Shown: positions 29,461-39,286 of the stretch, piece after piece
Layout of the letters: each line of letters starts with the position of its first letter
Numbering within the stretch: the first letter of the stretch is position 1
NCBI GenBank assembly: GCA_035703525.1
Contig: DASSYA010000020.1
Location: forward strand, 6,351 to 70,350
DNA from: Gemmatimonadales bacterium
Lineage (GTDB): Bacteria; Gemmatimonadota; Gemmatimonadetes; Gemmatimonadales; GWC2-71-9
Length of the DNA: 64,000 nt
Reading direction: 5' to 3'
The notes under the pieces: model-generated
The model's input: only the letters and a program-made list of their open reading frames with translations
The model's database searches: none
What the model was told of the DNA's origin: nothing
Position numbers and translations under genes: made by a program

Positions 29461-30305
29461 TACGCCGCCAACTCCGACGACGTCCGCTCGAGCAGCGAGG
29501 CGACATCGAGATCCTTCAGCGTCACCAGCTCCGGGACGCTCACGACCAGACGGAGAGTCGGATGGACAGCGACCATCGCCTGCTCCAATCGGGTCGCGAG
29601 GATTGCCGCCCCTGTCGCATCGGTCGTCCCGATCACCGCGAAGCTGTTCGGCCCCAATCGACCCTTGGCGTCGGCCGTCCGGGCCGTCCGGGTGAGCATC
29701 TCGCCGATCCGCTGGGTGAGCTCCCGATCGGCGGGGCCATCGCCCACCGTCATCGCCACGCAGGCGATTCCTTCGCCGCGGCGCTGGGCATCTGCGGCGA
29801 GTTCCGCGGTGCGCCGCGCCAGACCAAGCCGACTGTAGAGCATGGTCTCGGGATCGATGAGGCCAGCCATGGTGAGCCGGATGACTTCGCGACGGGCGGC
29901 CAGATAGGCGCGCACCTTGTGCAGCAAGGCCTGGCCGTCAAGCGGTTGACCGTAAAACTCCCAGGCTCCCGCCTCGTAGGCGGCCAACCGCTGGGTCCGA
30001 CCAGAGGGCCCGGCGGTGGTGATGATCACCGGTGTCGAGGCACCAAACCTGGGATCCTCACGAATCTGGCGACAGAGCTCGAGGCCACTGAAGTCAGGGA
30101 GTTGGTGGTCGAGAATGAAGGCATCCGGAAGGCGACGGCGCGCCACATCCATCGTCTCCGCCGCCGTGAACGTCCGGACAACCCGGTAGCCAGCAGCAAC
30201 GAGGATCGTTTCCACCGAGCGCGCGGTCCATTCGTGATCGTTTGCGACGAGAACGAGGCCGCCCGGGAAGTCCGGTCCACTCGATGTGCTGCTAAGAGTC
30301 ACCAT
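29460..30305 (-). CDS. Response regulator with degenerate GGDEF-like domain
   Basis: REC (ILDHQLPD), DPETMLYSR, GRLGPNSF in place of GGDEF. Confidence 0.8.
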   Translation of the reverse strand: MVTLSSTSSGPDFPGGLVLVANDHEWTARSVETILVAAGYRVVRTFTAAETMDVARRRLPDAFILDHQLPDFSGLELCRQIREDPRFGASTPVIITTAGPSGRTQRLAAYEAGAWEFYGQPLDGQALLHKVRAYLAARREVIRLTMAGLIDPETMLYSRLGLARRTAELAADAQRRGEGIACVAMTVGDGPADRELTQRIGEMLTRTARTADAKGRLGPNSFAVIGTTDATGAAILATRLEQAMVAVHPTLRLVVSVPELVTLKDLDVASLLERTSSELAA

Positions 30306-30676
30306 CCGGCTCCAAGTCAATGTCAGCGGCCCAACTGATGCGTTAACGCAACAGAACTGTCACAATGGGTCGCAGGTGGTTCGGGTGATCCGAATGACCG
30401 CGGTCGCATGAGTCACGGCCTAACAGATTGCAGGTGAATGGTTTAGGTACGCATCCACACCAGTGGGGCACCCGAACCTGGGTACCGCAACGCCCACCAT
30501 GATGCAAGCGGTCTGCCGCACGAGCGGCGGACCGCAGGGCCGTACCCGACAACCGGTCGCTTGTTGCGTCAGAGCAACGATAGTAGCGGCCATGCGGCAC
30601 TCTGTGGCGGAAAGCCGTCAGAGACCCGCAGCGCCAAACCGTGCCGACACCACGGAAACCGTTGTCCCGCTACAGC

Positions 30677-30693
30677 TTGGCCCGACAGTTGCA
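30677..30693 (+). promoter_or_regulatory. Sigma-54 promoter candidate for the wza-exosortase operon
   Basis: TTGGCCCGACAGTTGCA, GG-N10-GC. Confidence 0.7.
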
Positions 30694-30789
30694 CCTCCGG
30701 GGCCCGGGAGCACGGGGCTTGCCGTGCTAGAGGGCCGAGACGACCACGATCACCACACTTCCGGATTGACCTGCAAGGATGGACTGCCT

Positions 30790-31590
30790 GTGCCGCGCTT
30801 CTCAAAGTTCCTGACCCTTGGCACCCTGCTGGCCCTCGTGGGCCCGCTCGGGGCACAGGTAAACGACCCCGACTCGCTCTTCATCCGGCTCTCCTCATCA
30901 CAGCGCGCCATGGTGACCCGGGCGGAACTGCAGCAGTCGCTCAAGGAACTCGAGGTCGTGCTGGCCTCGGACGGCTACAGCCCGGTGATCAAGGAACAGA
31001 AGGCGCGGGAGGCGGCCACCATTCGTCGCCGACTTGCGGAGGGCGACATCCGGCCAGGTGATGTCATCACGCTGGCGGTCGCCGGGTCCGAGGGCCTGAG
31101 CGGGCAGTTCACCGTCACCACCGACCGCACGATTGTGCCGGCCGACGCGGGGCCCATCTCCGTGGCGGGCCTCCTTCGGAGCGAGGTCGAGGATTACCTC
31201 CGGAAGGAGATGCAGAAGTACATCCGTGATCCGCTGGTCCGCGCCGAGGCCAACATCCGGATCGCGATGTTCGGGGGGATCAATCGGCAGGGTTACTTCA
31301 TCGTTCCCGCCTCGGCGCTCCTCACCGACGTGATCATGTCGCCACAAGCAGGCGCGGGGCCGAGCGGTAACCAGAAGATCGAGGACAGCCAGATCCTCCG
31401 CGGCGACGTCGTGATCCTCGATCAGGAGGGATTCAAACTGGCGATTCGCGAGGCGAAGTCGCTCGACCAGCTCAACTTGCAGGCCGGCGACGAGATCCGC
31501 ATCGGCCAGAAGCGGAGCGGTCGTACACCGATCCTGGCCTACATCGGGGCCGCGTCCTCGCTGACGTTCATCATCCTCCGTATCTTCTGA
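30790..31590 (+). CDS. Polysaccharide export protein (Wza/SLBB-like)
   Basis: Signal peptide, IRPGDVITL, ISVAGL, LQAGDEI. Confidence 0.8.
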   Translation: MPRFSKFLTLGTLLALVGPLGAQVNDPDSLFIRLSSSQRAMVTRAELQQSLKELEVVLASDGYSPVIKEQKAREAATIRRRLAEGDIRPGDVITLAVAGSEGLSGQFTVTTDRTIVPADAGPISVAGLLRSEVEDYLRKEMQKYIRDPLVRAEANIRIAMFGGINRQGYFIVPASALLTDVIMSPQAGAGPSGNQKIEDSQILRGDVVILDQEGFKLAIREAKSLDQLNLQAGDEIRIGQKRSGRTPILAYIGAASSLTFIILRIF

Positions 31591-31601
31591 GGTACGGGAG
31601 C

Positions 31602-32339
31602 ATGCACACCACCATGGCCAAGACCGATGAGTCAACCTCCGAGCGACCTCGTGACACCGCACCAACTCGTGTGGGGGGTGTGGCACAGGCCGCGGTTGGG
31701 GGTAACGGGCTGATCCGGGTTCTCAACGTGATCGTCGCCTTCGTCGGCCTTGTGCTCACGCTGCCGGTCTGGCTCCTGATTGCCATCGTGATCAAGCTGA
31801 CGTCGCGCGGTCCGGTCTTCTACAGCCAGACGCGGGTCGGGCTCGACTCGAGGCGTGACGATGGTCGGCGCCCCGACTCGCGCCGCTCGCACGATATCGG
31901 CGGCCGGCCGTTCACGATCTTCAAGTTCCGGACGATGACCGTGGGTGCCGAGCGCGAGGGGCAGGCCGTCTGGGCCAGCGCCAATGACCAGCGCGTGACC
32001 GCGTTCGGCGGATTCCTCCGGAGTTGCCGCCTCGATGAGCTGCCGCAATTGCTCAATGTGCTGCGTGGCGAGATGAACATCGTCGGCCCCCGGCCAGAGC
32101 GGCCCCAGCTCTTCGCGGAACTCCGGGCCCAGATCCCGCATTACGCCCAGCGCCAGCGCGTGCCGCCGGGAATCACCGGCCACGCCCAGGTCCACCTGCA
32201 ATACGACACCTCGGTCGAGGATGTCAAGAAGAAGGTGCAGCACGATCTCGAGTACATCGCCAAGCGGAGTGCCTGGGAAGACTTCAAGATCATGCTGAAG
32301 ACCATTCCGGTGATGCTGTTCCGGAAGGGCGGATGGTAG
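31602..32339 (+). CDS. Priming sugar transferase (bacterial sugar transferase family)
   Basis: FKFRTM, LDELPQLLNVLRGEMNIVGPRPERP, PGITG. Confidence 0.95.
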   Translation: MHTTMAKTDESTSERPRDTAPTRVGGVAQAAVGGNGLIRVLNVIVAFVGLVLTLPVWLLIAIVIKLTSRGPVFYSQTRVGLDSRRDDGRRPDSRRSHDIGGRPFTIFKFRTMTVGAEREGQAVWASANDQRVTAFGGFLRSCRLDELPQLLNVLRGEMNIVGPRPERPQLFAELRAQIPHYAQRQRVPPGITGHAQVHLQYDTSVEDVKKKVQHDLEYIAKRSAWEDFKIMLKTIPVMLFRKGGW

Positions 32340-33247
32340 CGCCGGTGGTGCCGGTGCCGCTCGAGCTCAAGCCCTGGCGCGACGAACTCGGTCCGCCGTG
32401 GCCCGTGGCGCGGATCGCTCCGATCGTGCTCGCGGTCATCGCGTTCGTCGTGCTCTATGCCGGCCCGATCCGGGTACTCGCGGGCGAGTGGTGGACCAAT
32501 CCGGATGCCGGCCACGGCCTGCTGCTCTTCCCGGTTTCGCTCTGGCTCGCGTGGTCGGCCGGGCTCCGGGTCGCGGCGCGACCCAACGTCGTGCTTGGTG
32601 CCACGCTCATCATCGGCGCCGTGCTGCTCCGCGCCATCGGTGGCCTTGCCGCCGAGTTCTTCACCCAGCGGTTCGCCATCTGGCTCACCGTGGTCGGGAT
32701 CGTCACATTCCTCTGGGGCTTCCGGCAGGTCCTGCATTGGTGGCTGCCGATCTCGCTGTTGTTGCTTTCGATTCCGCTGCCGGCGACGATCACGAACTCG
32801 CTTGCGGTGCCGCTCCAGTTCCAGGCCAGCAAGCTGGGCACCGCGCTGATCGAGTGGCGCGGTATCCCGGTCCGGACCTTCGGCAATGTCATCCAGATTC
32901 CGGATCAGACGCTCTTCGTCGCCGAGGCGTGCAGCGGGCTCCGGTCGCTCACGGCGCTGATCGCGCTCGGCGTGATGATCGGCGGGATCTGGCTCCGGAC
33001 CGTACCGGCGCGGTTGCTCATCCTGGCACTCGCGATCCCGATCGCGATCATCGTGAACGGGTTCCGGATCTTCCTGACGGCGTTCCTGATGCACTTCGTC
33101 TCCCCCGAACTCGGCACCGGCTTCATGCACAAGTCCGAGGGGTGGGCGATGTTCGTCCTGGCATTCGGCGTGATCGGCGCGATCGCGATGGTGATCCGGT
33201 TCGCCGAGACGCGCTTCCTGCGGTGGCGAGGAGTGGCCGATGCGTAA
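32333..33247 (+). CDS. Exosortase (EpsH family)
   Basis: VAEACSGLRS catalytic Cys, NGFR, H..G; multi-TM. Confidence 0.95.
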   Translation: MVAPVVPVPLELKPWRDELGPPWPVARIAPIVLAVIAFVVLYAGPIRVLAGEWWTNPDAGHGLLLFPVSLWLAWSAGLRVAARPNVVLGATLIIGAVLLRAIGGLAAEFFTQRFAIWLTVVGIVTFLWGFRQVLHWWLPISLLLLSIPLPATITNSLAVPLQFQASKLGTALIEWRGIPVRTFGNVIQIPDQTLFVAEACSGLRSLTALIALGVMIGGIWLRTVPARLLILALAIPIAIIVNGFRIFLTAFLMHFVSPELGTGFMHKSEGWAMFVLAFGVIGAIAMVIRFAETRFLRWRGVADA

Positions 33248-33884
33248 GTGGCAAGCATGGTTGCCGGGCAGCCTGCTCACGGTGGGTGTCCTGCTGAACG
33301 GCACGCTGGTGTCGCGGCGCTCGGGTATCACCCCGATCGCCGGGAATCTCCAGACGGTGGCCGACACGATCATGGGCATCCCGGCCACCGACATCCGGGT
33401 CCCCCCCGACGAGGAACGTGTCGCGGGCTATTCGGACTACATCGTGCATGAGTTCAAGATTCCCGACGGACGGACGCTCAACATCTATGTCGGGTATTAC
33501 GACGAGCAACGCCAGGGCAAGACGATCCACTCGCCACGCAATTGCCTGCCCGGCAACGGCTGGGAGCCGATCAGTCGGCGGGTGGTCGATGTCCCCTCCA
33601 CGCGCTTCGGCAGCGTGGGGATCAATCGCTACGAGCTGGTCCGTGAGCAGGAGCGGGCAATCGTCTTCTACTGGTACCAGGGTCGCGGCCGAGTGGCCAG
33701 CAACGAATACCTGGTCAAGTACCAGTTGCTCCGTGATGCGGCGCTGCGTGGCCGGACCGAGGAGGCGATCGTCCGAATCGTCGTGCCGGTGATCGGTGAT
33801 GACGTCGACTCGGCTGACCGGATCGGTCGTGAACTCGCCGGGCCGCTCATCGACGACGTCGAGCGCGTCCTGCCGACCTTCTGA
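33240..33884 (+). CDS. epsI: Exosortase-associated EpsI family protein
   Basis: YVGYY, HSPRNCLPGNGW, FYWYQ. Confidence 0.92.
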   Translation: MRKWQAWLPGSLLTVGVLLNGTLVSRRSGITPIAGNLQTVADTIMGIPATDIRVPPDEERVAGYSDYIVHEFKIPDGRTLNIYVGYYDEQRQGKTIHSPRNCLPGNGWEPISRRVVDVPSTRFGSVGINRYELVREQERAIVFYWYQGRGRVASNEYLVKYQLLRDAALRGRTEEAIVRIVVPVIGDDVDSADRIGRELAGPLIDDVERVLPTF

Positions 33885-33892
33885 GCGCCGGG

Positions 33893-34555
33893 ATGTCCTG
33901 GCTCCGGCAGGGGCTCCGGCACACACTGACCGCCGTCCTGCCACGCGACCGCTTCCTGACCCGGGGCGTGACCTCGGGCACCGAGGTCGCGCTGACCTTC
34001 GACGACGGCCCCCATCCCGAGCACACCCCCCCCCTGCTTGACTCACTGGCACGCCACGGGATCACGGCGACGTTCTTCGTGGTGGGCCGGGAAGCCGAAC
34101 GACACCCGGCGCTCGTGCGGCGGATCAGCGACGAGGGGCACACGCTGGGCCACCACTCCTGGACCCACTCTGAACCGCGCCTGACCTCGAGCGCCACCTT
34201 GCTGGGCGAGGTGGAGCGCACGGTCGCGCTGCTCGCCTCGATCACGGGTCGCGTCTCGGATCGCTTCCGGCCTCCCAAGGGGCAACTGAGTGCTCGCAAA
34301 CTCGTCGCCCTGATGCGGGCCGGGCAACGCATCGCACTCTGGTCACTCGACCCGCGTGACTACGCCATGCGCGACACCGCTGCCTTGATGGCATGGGCTC
34401 ATGCGACCGCCCCGGTTCCCGGTGACATCGTGCTGCTGCACGATGTGCATCCGCACGCTGTCAGGGCACTGCCCGAGCTTGCCGGCTGGCGCGCGCGTCA
34501 CGGCATCATCTTCGTGGGGCTCGATGCCTGGTTGCCGGCGGAGCGGGCGGCGTGA
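33893..34555 (+). CDS. Polysaccharide deacetylase (NodB family)
   Basis: LTFDDGP, HSWTH, FRPP, IVLLHD. Confidence 0.93.
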   Translation: MSWLRQGLRHTLTAVLPRDRFLTRGVTSGTEVALTFDDGPHPEHTPPLLDSLARHGITATFFVVGREAERHPALVRRISDEGHTLGHHSWTHSEPRLTSSATLLGEVERTVALLASITGRVSDRFRPPKGQLSARKLVALMRAGQRIALWSLDPRDYAMRDTAALMAWAHATAPVPGDIVLLHDVHPHAVRALPELAGWRARHGIIFVGLDAWLPAERAA

Positions 34556-35880
34556 TCCGTCGGCGCGTGCTGCTCGTGTCGTATCACTTCCCGCCTGTCG
34601 GTGGCGCGGGCGTGCAGCGACCGGCCAAGCTCGCCAAGTATCTTCCCCGATTCGGGTGGGACGTCTCCGTGCTCCAGGCCGCGAATCCCTCCGTACCATT
34701 ACTCGATCCCTCGCTGCTCGAGGACCTGCCCGACGACCTGGTCATCGTGAAGGCCCGGACACTCGAGCCGGGGTACGCGGCCAAATCGGCGACGGCAGGG
34801 CCACCGGGTGGATCGTCGTCCTCCCGCCTGAAACGGATCGTCCGCAGCCTTGCCACCATGGCCCTGCAACCGGACGCTCAGGTACTCTGGCTGCCGGCGG
34901 CACGTCGTGCCGGCCTCGACCTGCTCGCGCGTCAGCCGCATGATGCCATCCTCGCTACCGCACCGACCTACACCAACCTCGTGCTCGGCGGGATGCTGGC
35001 CCGACGGACTGGTTTGCCTCTTGTCCTCGACTACCGCGACGAGTGGGACATCAGCAGCGCCTACTGGGAGAACGCGCCCCGTGACCCGATCTCGCCTCGG
35101 GTCCAGCAGTGGATGCAGCGCCGCGTCCTCCGCGCCAGCCGCGCGATCGTCGCGACGACGGCCGCGAGCACCGCTCGGATCGCGGCGCGCGCCGCCGATG
35201 CCGGCGTGTTCCCGCTGGCGCGCTGCATTTACAATGGCTGGGATCCCTCGGATATCCAGCAGGTCGACGGAGTGGCCCCGGCGGTCCCCCGGGATCCCAC
35301 ACGACATCGGATCGTGTATGCGGGCACGCTCTGGGCCCTCACATCGATCGCCCCCGTCGTCGAGGCACTCCTCGCGCTTGCGCGCGAAACCCCTCGCCTC
35401 GTCGAGCGGCTCGAACTCGTCGTGCTCGGCCGGAAGACACCGGAGCAGGAACAGGAGCTGGCGCGTCTCGCAGGCACTGCCGTGACGCTGCACACCCCGG
35501 CCTACGTACCGCACGCCGTGGCACTTGCCACCATGCGTTCGGCCGACACCCTGCTGCTGCTCCTGAGTGATGTGCCCGGCGCCGAGCGGGTGGCGCCAGC
35601 CAAGCTGTTCGAGTACCTCGCGCTCGGTCAACCGATGCTGGCGGTGACCCCCGCGGGCGAGACCGCCGACCTCGTGCGCGCCGCCCAGCCGGATGCGTGG
35701 CGGAGCCCGCGGGACATCCCCGGCATCGTGGCATGGTTTCGCACCCGGCTCGATCCGAATATCGGGGGGGGGAGTACCACCGGGACCCCACCCGACTACG
35801 CGGCGCGGTTCACACGCCACGCGCTGGCCGGAGAGATGGCGGGCGTGCTCGACACCGTCACCAGGAAGGACGCGCCATGA
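34552..35880 (+). CDS. Glycosyltransferase family 4
   Basis: YHFPPVGGAGVQR, DYRDEW, PAKLFEYLA. Confidence 0.9.
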   Translation: MIRRRVLLVSYHFPPVGGAGVQRPAKLAKYLPRFGWDVSVLQAANPSVPLLDPSLLEDLPDDLVIVKARTLEPGYAAKSATAGPPGGSSSSRLKRIVRSLATMALQPDAQVLWLPAARRAGLDLLARQPHDAILATAPTYTNLVLGGMLARRTGLPLVLDYRDEWDISSAYWENAPRDPISPRVQQWMQRRVLRASRAIVATTAASTARIAARAADAGVFPLARCIYNGWDPSDIQQVDGVAPAVPRDPTRHRIVYAGTLWALTSIAPVVEALLALARETPRLVERLELVVLGRKTPEQEQELARLAGTAVTLHTPAYVPHAVALATMRSADTLLLLLSDVPGAERVAPAKLFEYLALGQPMLAVTPAGETADLVRAAQPDAWRSPRDIPGIVAWFRTRLDPNIGGGSTTGTPPDYAARFTRHALAGEMAGVLDTVTRKDAP

Positions 35881-36413
35881 TCTTCCTGGCCGACCTCCGC
35901 GCCAAGGCCGAGTGGAACTACGGGGATCGTCGACCGCGAACCCTGCTCAAGACCCTGCTGACGGATGGCACTTTCGCGATGGGATGCTATCGCCTGATGT
36001 GGTGGGCCGATCGACGTCATCTGGCACCGCTCGCCATGGTCTTCGGCAAGATCAATGCGGTCTTCGGACAATGCATCATCGGCCGCGGGGCCGATTTCGG
36101 CCCGGGTTTCGTGCTGATCCACAGCCAGGGCGTGGTCATCAACGGCTCGGTGCGCGGCGGCCGGAATATCCGGATCGAACATCAGGTGACGATCGGCGCC
36201 GAGAAGGACCAGAGCCCCCGACTCGGGGATGAGATCTTCGTGGGTGCGGGAGCGAAGATCATTGGAGCGGTGACCATCGGCGATGGCGCCCGGATCGGGG
36301 CGAATGCCGTGGTGGTGCGCGATGTCCCGCCCGGCGTGACCGTGGGAGGGATCCCGGCGCGAATCCTCAAGCTGGCCGACGGCACGAGGCCGCCGGCCGA
36401 GCCCGGATCGTGA
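35877..36413 (+). CDS. Hexapeptide O-acetyltransferase (CysE-like)
   Basis: GAGAKIIG, IGANAVV, VGGIPAR. Confidence 0.9.
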   Translation: MIFLADLRAKAEWNYGDRRPRTLLKTLLTDGTFAMGCYRLMWWADRRHLAPLAMVFGKINAVFGQCIIGRGADFGPGFVLIHSQGVVINGSVRGGRNIRIEHQVTIGAEKDQSPRLGDEIFVGAGAKIIGAVTIGDGARIGANAVVVRDVPPGVTVGGIPARILKLADGTRPPAEPGS

Positions 36414-36420
36414 TCGTGCG

Positions 36421-36921
36421 CTAGTTGCCCACCATGATCGGCGGGCCACCGTCGTCGCGCTTGGCCATCGCACCCTTCGAGAACCTGAGTGCCGCCCAGC
36501 CGGTCCAGAGCATCGCGGGGACGTAGAGCGCCGCAATCACGATCGATTTGAACGAGGCATCATCGAACGCCGGCTTCTGGTCTTCGCGCACAAGGCGACG
36601 CACCTGGAGCGCGTCGAGCCCGAAGGAGAGCACGGCCAGCCCGATGATCACCGCGAAGACGATCGCCCAGATCCCGAGCAGCCTGGCCGACAACTTGTGG
36701 TCCAGCAGCGCGTTGAGGGCCAACGCAAGCATCGTCCCCATGGCCACCATCGGCATGGCGCCGATCAGGAAGCCTGCGGCACCATACTTCCATGTCATCG
36801 CCCCGAAGTCCATCGGGGTGATCGAGATCGCGAGATCCAGGAGCTGATTGACCACCAGCACGGCGATCAGGGGATAGAGCGCCCCGAGAAGCGTACGTTG
36901 ACGATTGGTGAACTCGGCCAT
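36421..36921 (-). CDS. Hypothetical 4-TM membrane protein
   Basis: Four hydrophobic segments; fills the gap between plus-strand genes. Confidence 0.7.
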   Translation of the reverse strand: MAEFTNRQRTLLGALYPLIAVLVVNQLLDLAISITPMDFGAMTWKYGAAGFLIGAMPMVAMGTMLALALNALLDHKLSARLLGIWAIVFAVIIGLAVLSFGLDALQVRRLVREDQKPAFDDASFKSIVIAALYVPAMLWTGWAALRFSKGAMAKRDDGGPPIMVGN

Positions 36922-36988
36922 CACTGCCGCCTGATGTTGAGGGTGCGGTCTGGAACCATGGTCTGGAATCTCCACAGGGAATGGCAGA

Positions 36989-38146
36989 ATGCATACCACC
37001 ACTGACGACGTCCTGCCATACCCATCGGTTGGGGTGCTCCACCTGACCATCAGCTTCGCCCCTGGCGGGCGTCGCGATGCAATTGTAACGCTTGCGGCAG
37101 CATCCCGCCCATTCGGCATCCGACCCCATCTGGCCACCCTGCGTGGGGATCCGGCCGACTCCACCCCGTTTCGGCACAACTTCGACAGCGACCAGTCCCT
37201 CGAGATCGAGGGACGCCCATCGTTGCGACAACTCCTCGACCTGCGGCGTCATTGCGTCGCCCAAGGAATTCGCATAGTGCACGCGCACGACGCTTCATCC
37301 CAGTTCGTGGCATCGATGCTACGGATTGTTGCACCGTCGCTACATGTGGTCATGACCTTCCACCGCTCACTCGGCTTCGAGTCGGCTGGCTGGCGCAACC
37401 GCCTGCGGAATGCCGCCACGCTCACGTTGGTCGACAGAGTGCTCACGGCATCCGGGGAACGCCGGGAACACTTCATCGCCGAGAACCGGATTCCCGGTCG
37501 CAAGGTGACCACGATCCCGCTGGGCATCGACCTGGAACGGTTCCGGCCTGACGCGCTGGCCCGGGCGCAGGTTCGGGCGGAATTCGGGGTCGGACCCGAC
37601 GAGCTGCTGATCGTTTCGGCCGGCCATTACGGCCCCGAGAAGGGGCTGGATATTGCGGTCACTGCCGTCGGGCTCAGCCGCGATACCCTGTCCCAACGCG
37701 GGTTCGTCGTCAGGCATCTCCACATGGGGACCGGCGACCCCGACCGCATCGCCTGGATGAAGGCACGGGTCGAGGAGGCAGGCGATGCCACCACCTTGAT
37801 TGGCCAGCGTCCCGATCCGGAACGAATCCTTGCCGCTGCAGATCTGTTGCTTCACACCCCGCGCCTCGAAGCGTTTGGCCTGGTCCTGGTCCAGGCCATG
37901 GCCGTCGGGCTGCCCGTCGTGGCCTCATCGGTCGGGGGCATCCCGGAGATCGTCGCCGCCGGGGTGGGGGACCTGGTCCCCGCCGGCGATCCACGCGCAA
38001 CCGCGGAGCAGCTCGACGCCCTCCTTGCCGATCCCGGCCGCCGGCGTGCCATGGCGGCGGCCGCGGTTCAGCGAGCCCATGCGGAGTATGGTGCGGCCAC
38101 GTTCGCCCGACGCCACCGGGAGCTCTACGACACCCTCTGGCCGTGA
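36989..38146 (+). CDS. Glycosyltransferase family 4
   Basis: EAFGLVLVQAMAVGLPVV, VGGIPE. Confidence 0.9.
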   Translation: MHTTTDDVLPYPSVGVLHLTISFAPGGRRDAIVTLAAASRPFGIRPHLATLRGDPADSTPFRHNFDSDQSLEIEGRPSLRQLLDLRRHCVAQGIRIVHAHDASSQFVASMLRIVAPSLHVVMTFHRSLGFESAGWRNRLRNAATLTLVDRVLTASGERREHFIAENRIPGRKVTTIPLGIDLERFRPDALARAQVRAEFGVGPDELLIVSAGHYGPEKGLDIAVTAVGLSRDTLSQRGFVVRHLHMGTGDPDRIAWMKARVEEAGDATTLIGQRPDPERILAAADLLLHTPRLEAFGLVLVQAMAVGLPVVASSVGGIPEIVAAGVGDLVPAGDPRATAEQLDALLADPGRRRAMAAAAVQRAHAEYGAATFARRHRELYDTLWP

Positions 38147-38246
38147 GGCGAGGACTCGGCACTGGCCTGCTCCTTGCTGACCTGAGCACCGTTCCGGACC
38201 GCCAGCGGGCTGGTCCGCCTGATTCCAGTTGCCGGAGATTGTCCAG

Positions 38247-39260
38247 ATGTCAGAGCCCACCGTGACGATCGTCGTGGTGCCCCGCGATCGCTTCAGCAGC
38301 GTCGAGGCATGCACCCGTTCGATCATCGAGAACACGCCGGAGGTCAGCTTCAGGATCGCGTTCCTCGATTTCGGCTATGCCGCCGCGACGAAGCGTGCCC
38401 TGACGGCCATCTGCGCGGGTGTGCCGATGGAGATCGTCGATTGCGGCCGGAGCATCCCGATGGACGGCTTCCGCGATTACCTGCCCCGCGTCACCACGAA
38501 GTACACCTGCTGGGTCGACAACGACACCTTCGTGACCGAGGGCTGCATCGCTCGGCTCGTGCAGAGCGCCGAGGAAGACGGCATGCGCGCCATCCTGCCG
38601 CTCACCTTCGAACGCGAGGGACTCGATGTCGATGCCCGTCGGCTCGAGAAGCGGGTGCATATCTCGCACTCGGAGCTCCGCAAGGTGACTGTCGAGGGCA
38701 AGGAATATGTCTTCGACTACAAGCCGTATCGTCGGGCCAGCAAGGAGGAGGTGCCGCCCGGTCCGTGGACCATCGACTTCTTCGAGCTGCACACCTTCTT
38801 CGCGGAGACCGACCTGCTCCGGCAGATCGACTACCCGTCGATGGTGGTGCGCGAGCATGTCGACATCGGGATCCAGCTCCACAAGCTGGGCGTACCGATC
38901 TGGTGCGAGCCGCGGGCGGAGGTGATCTTCGACAACATCCACTCCCGGCCGACCTATGAAGACCTCAGGTTCTTCTTCTATCGGTGGTCGGACCCGTTCA
39001 TCGACAAGAGCCATGCGCTCTTCGAGCAGCGACACGGCTGGCGGTTCTTCAACGAGCAGTTCATGAAGCAGTGGGCATTCCGGCGTCGGGTCTTCTCGGT
39101 GGCGCGGTTCTGCTTCGTGCCCCACAAGCTGGCCGACCTGCTCTCCCGGGTCATGGTCAAGCTTTTCCGGGCGCCGATTCCGGCCCACCTGCGGCACGAT
39201 CCGACCAACGAGTCGGTGCGAGCCTTCGAGTCGCTCGAGACTCAGCCCACCACGGTCTGA
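38247..39260 (+). CDS. Glycosyltransferase family 2-like
   Basis: VTIVVVPRD, WVDND, EHVD. Confidence 0.75.
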   Translation: MSEPTVTIVVVPRDRFSSVEACTRSIIENTPEVSFRIAFLDFGYAAATKRALTAICAGVPMEIVDCGRSIPMDGFRDYLPRVTTKYTCWVDNDTFVTEGCIARLVQSAEEDGMRAILPLTFEREGLDVDARRLEKRVHISHSELRKVTVEGKEYVFDYKPYRRASKEEVPPGPWTIDFFELHTFFAETDLLRQIDYPSMVVREHVDIGIQLHKLGVPIWCEPRAEVIFDNIHSRPTYEDLRFFFYRWSDPFIDKSHALFEQRHGWRFFNEQFMKQWAFRRRVFSVARFCFVPHKLADLLSRVMVKLFRAPIPAHLRHDPTNESVRAFESLETQPTTV

Positions 39261-39286
39261 GTCAGGCAGGCATCCCGATTCCCGCG

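Noticed and set aside
29460..30305. Active diguanylate cyclase
   Set aside because: GGDEF motif is replaced by GPNSF
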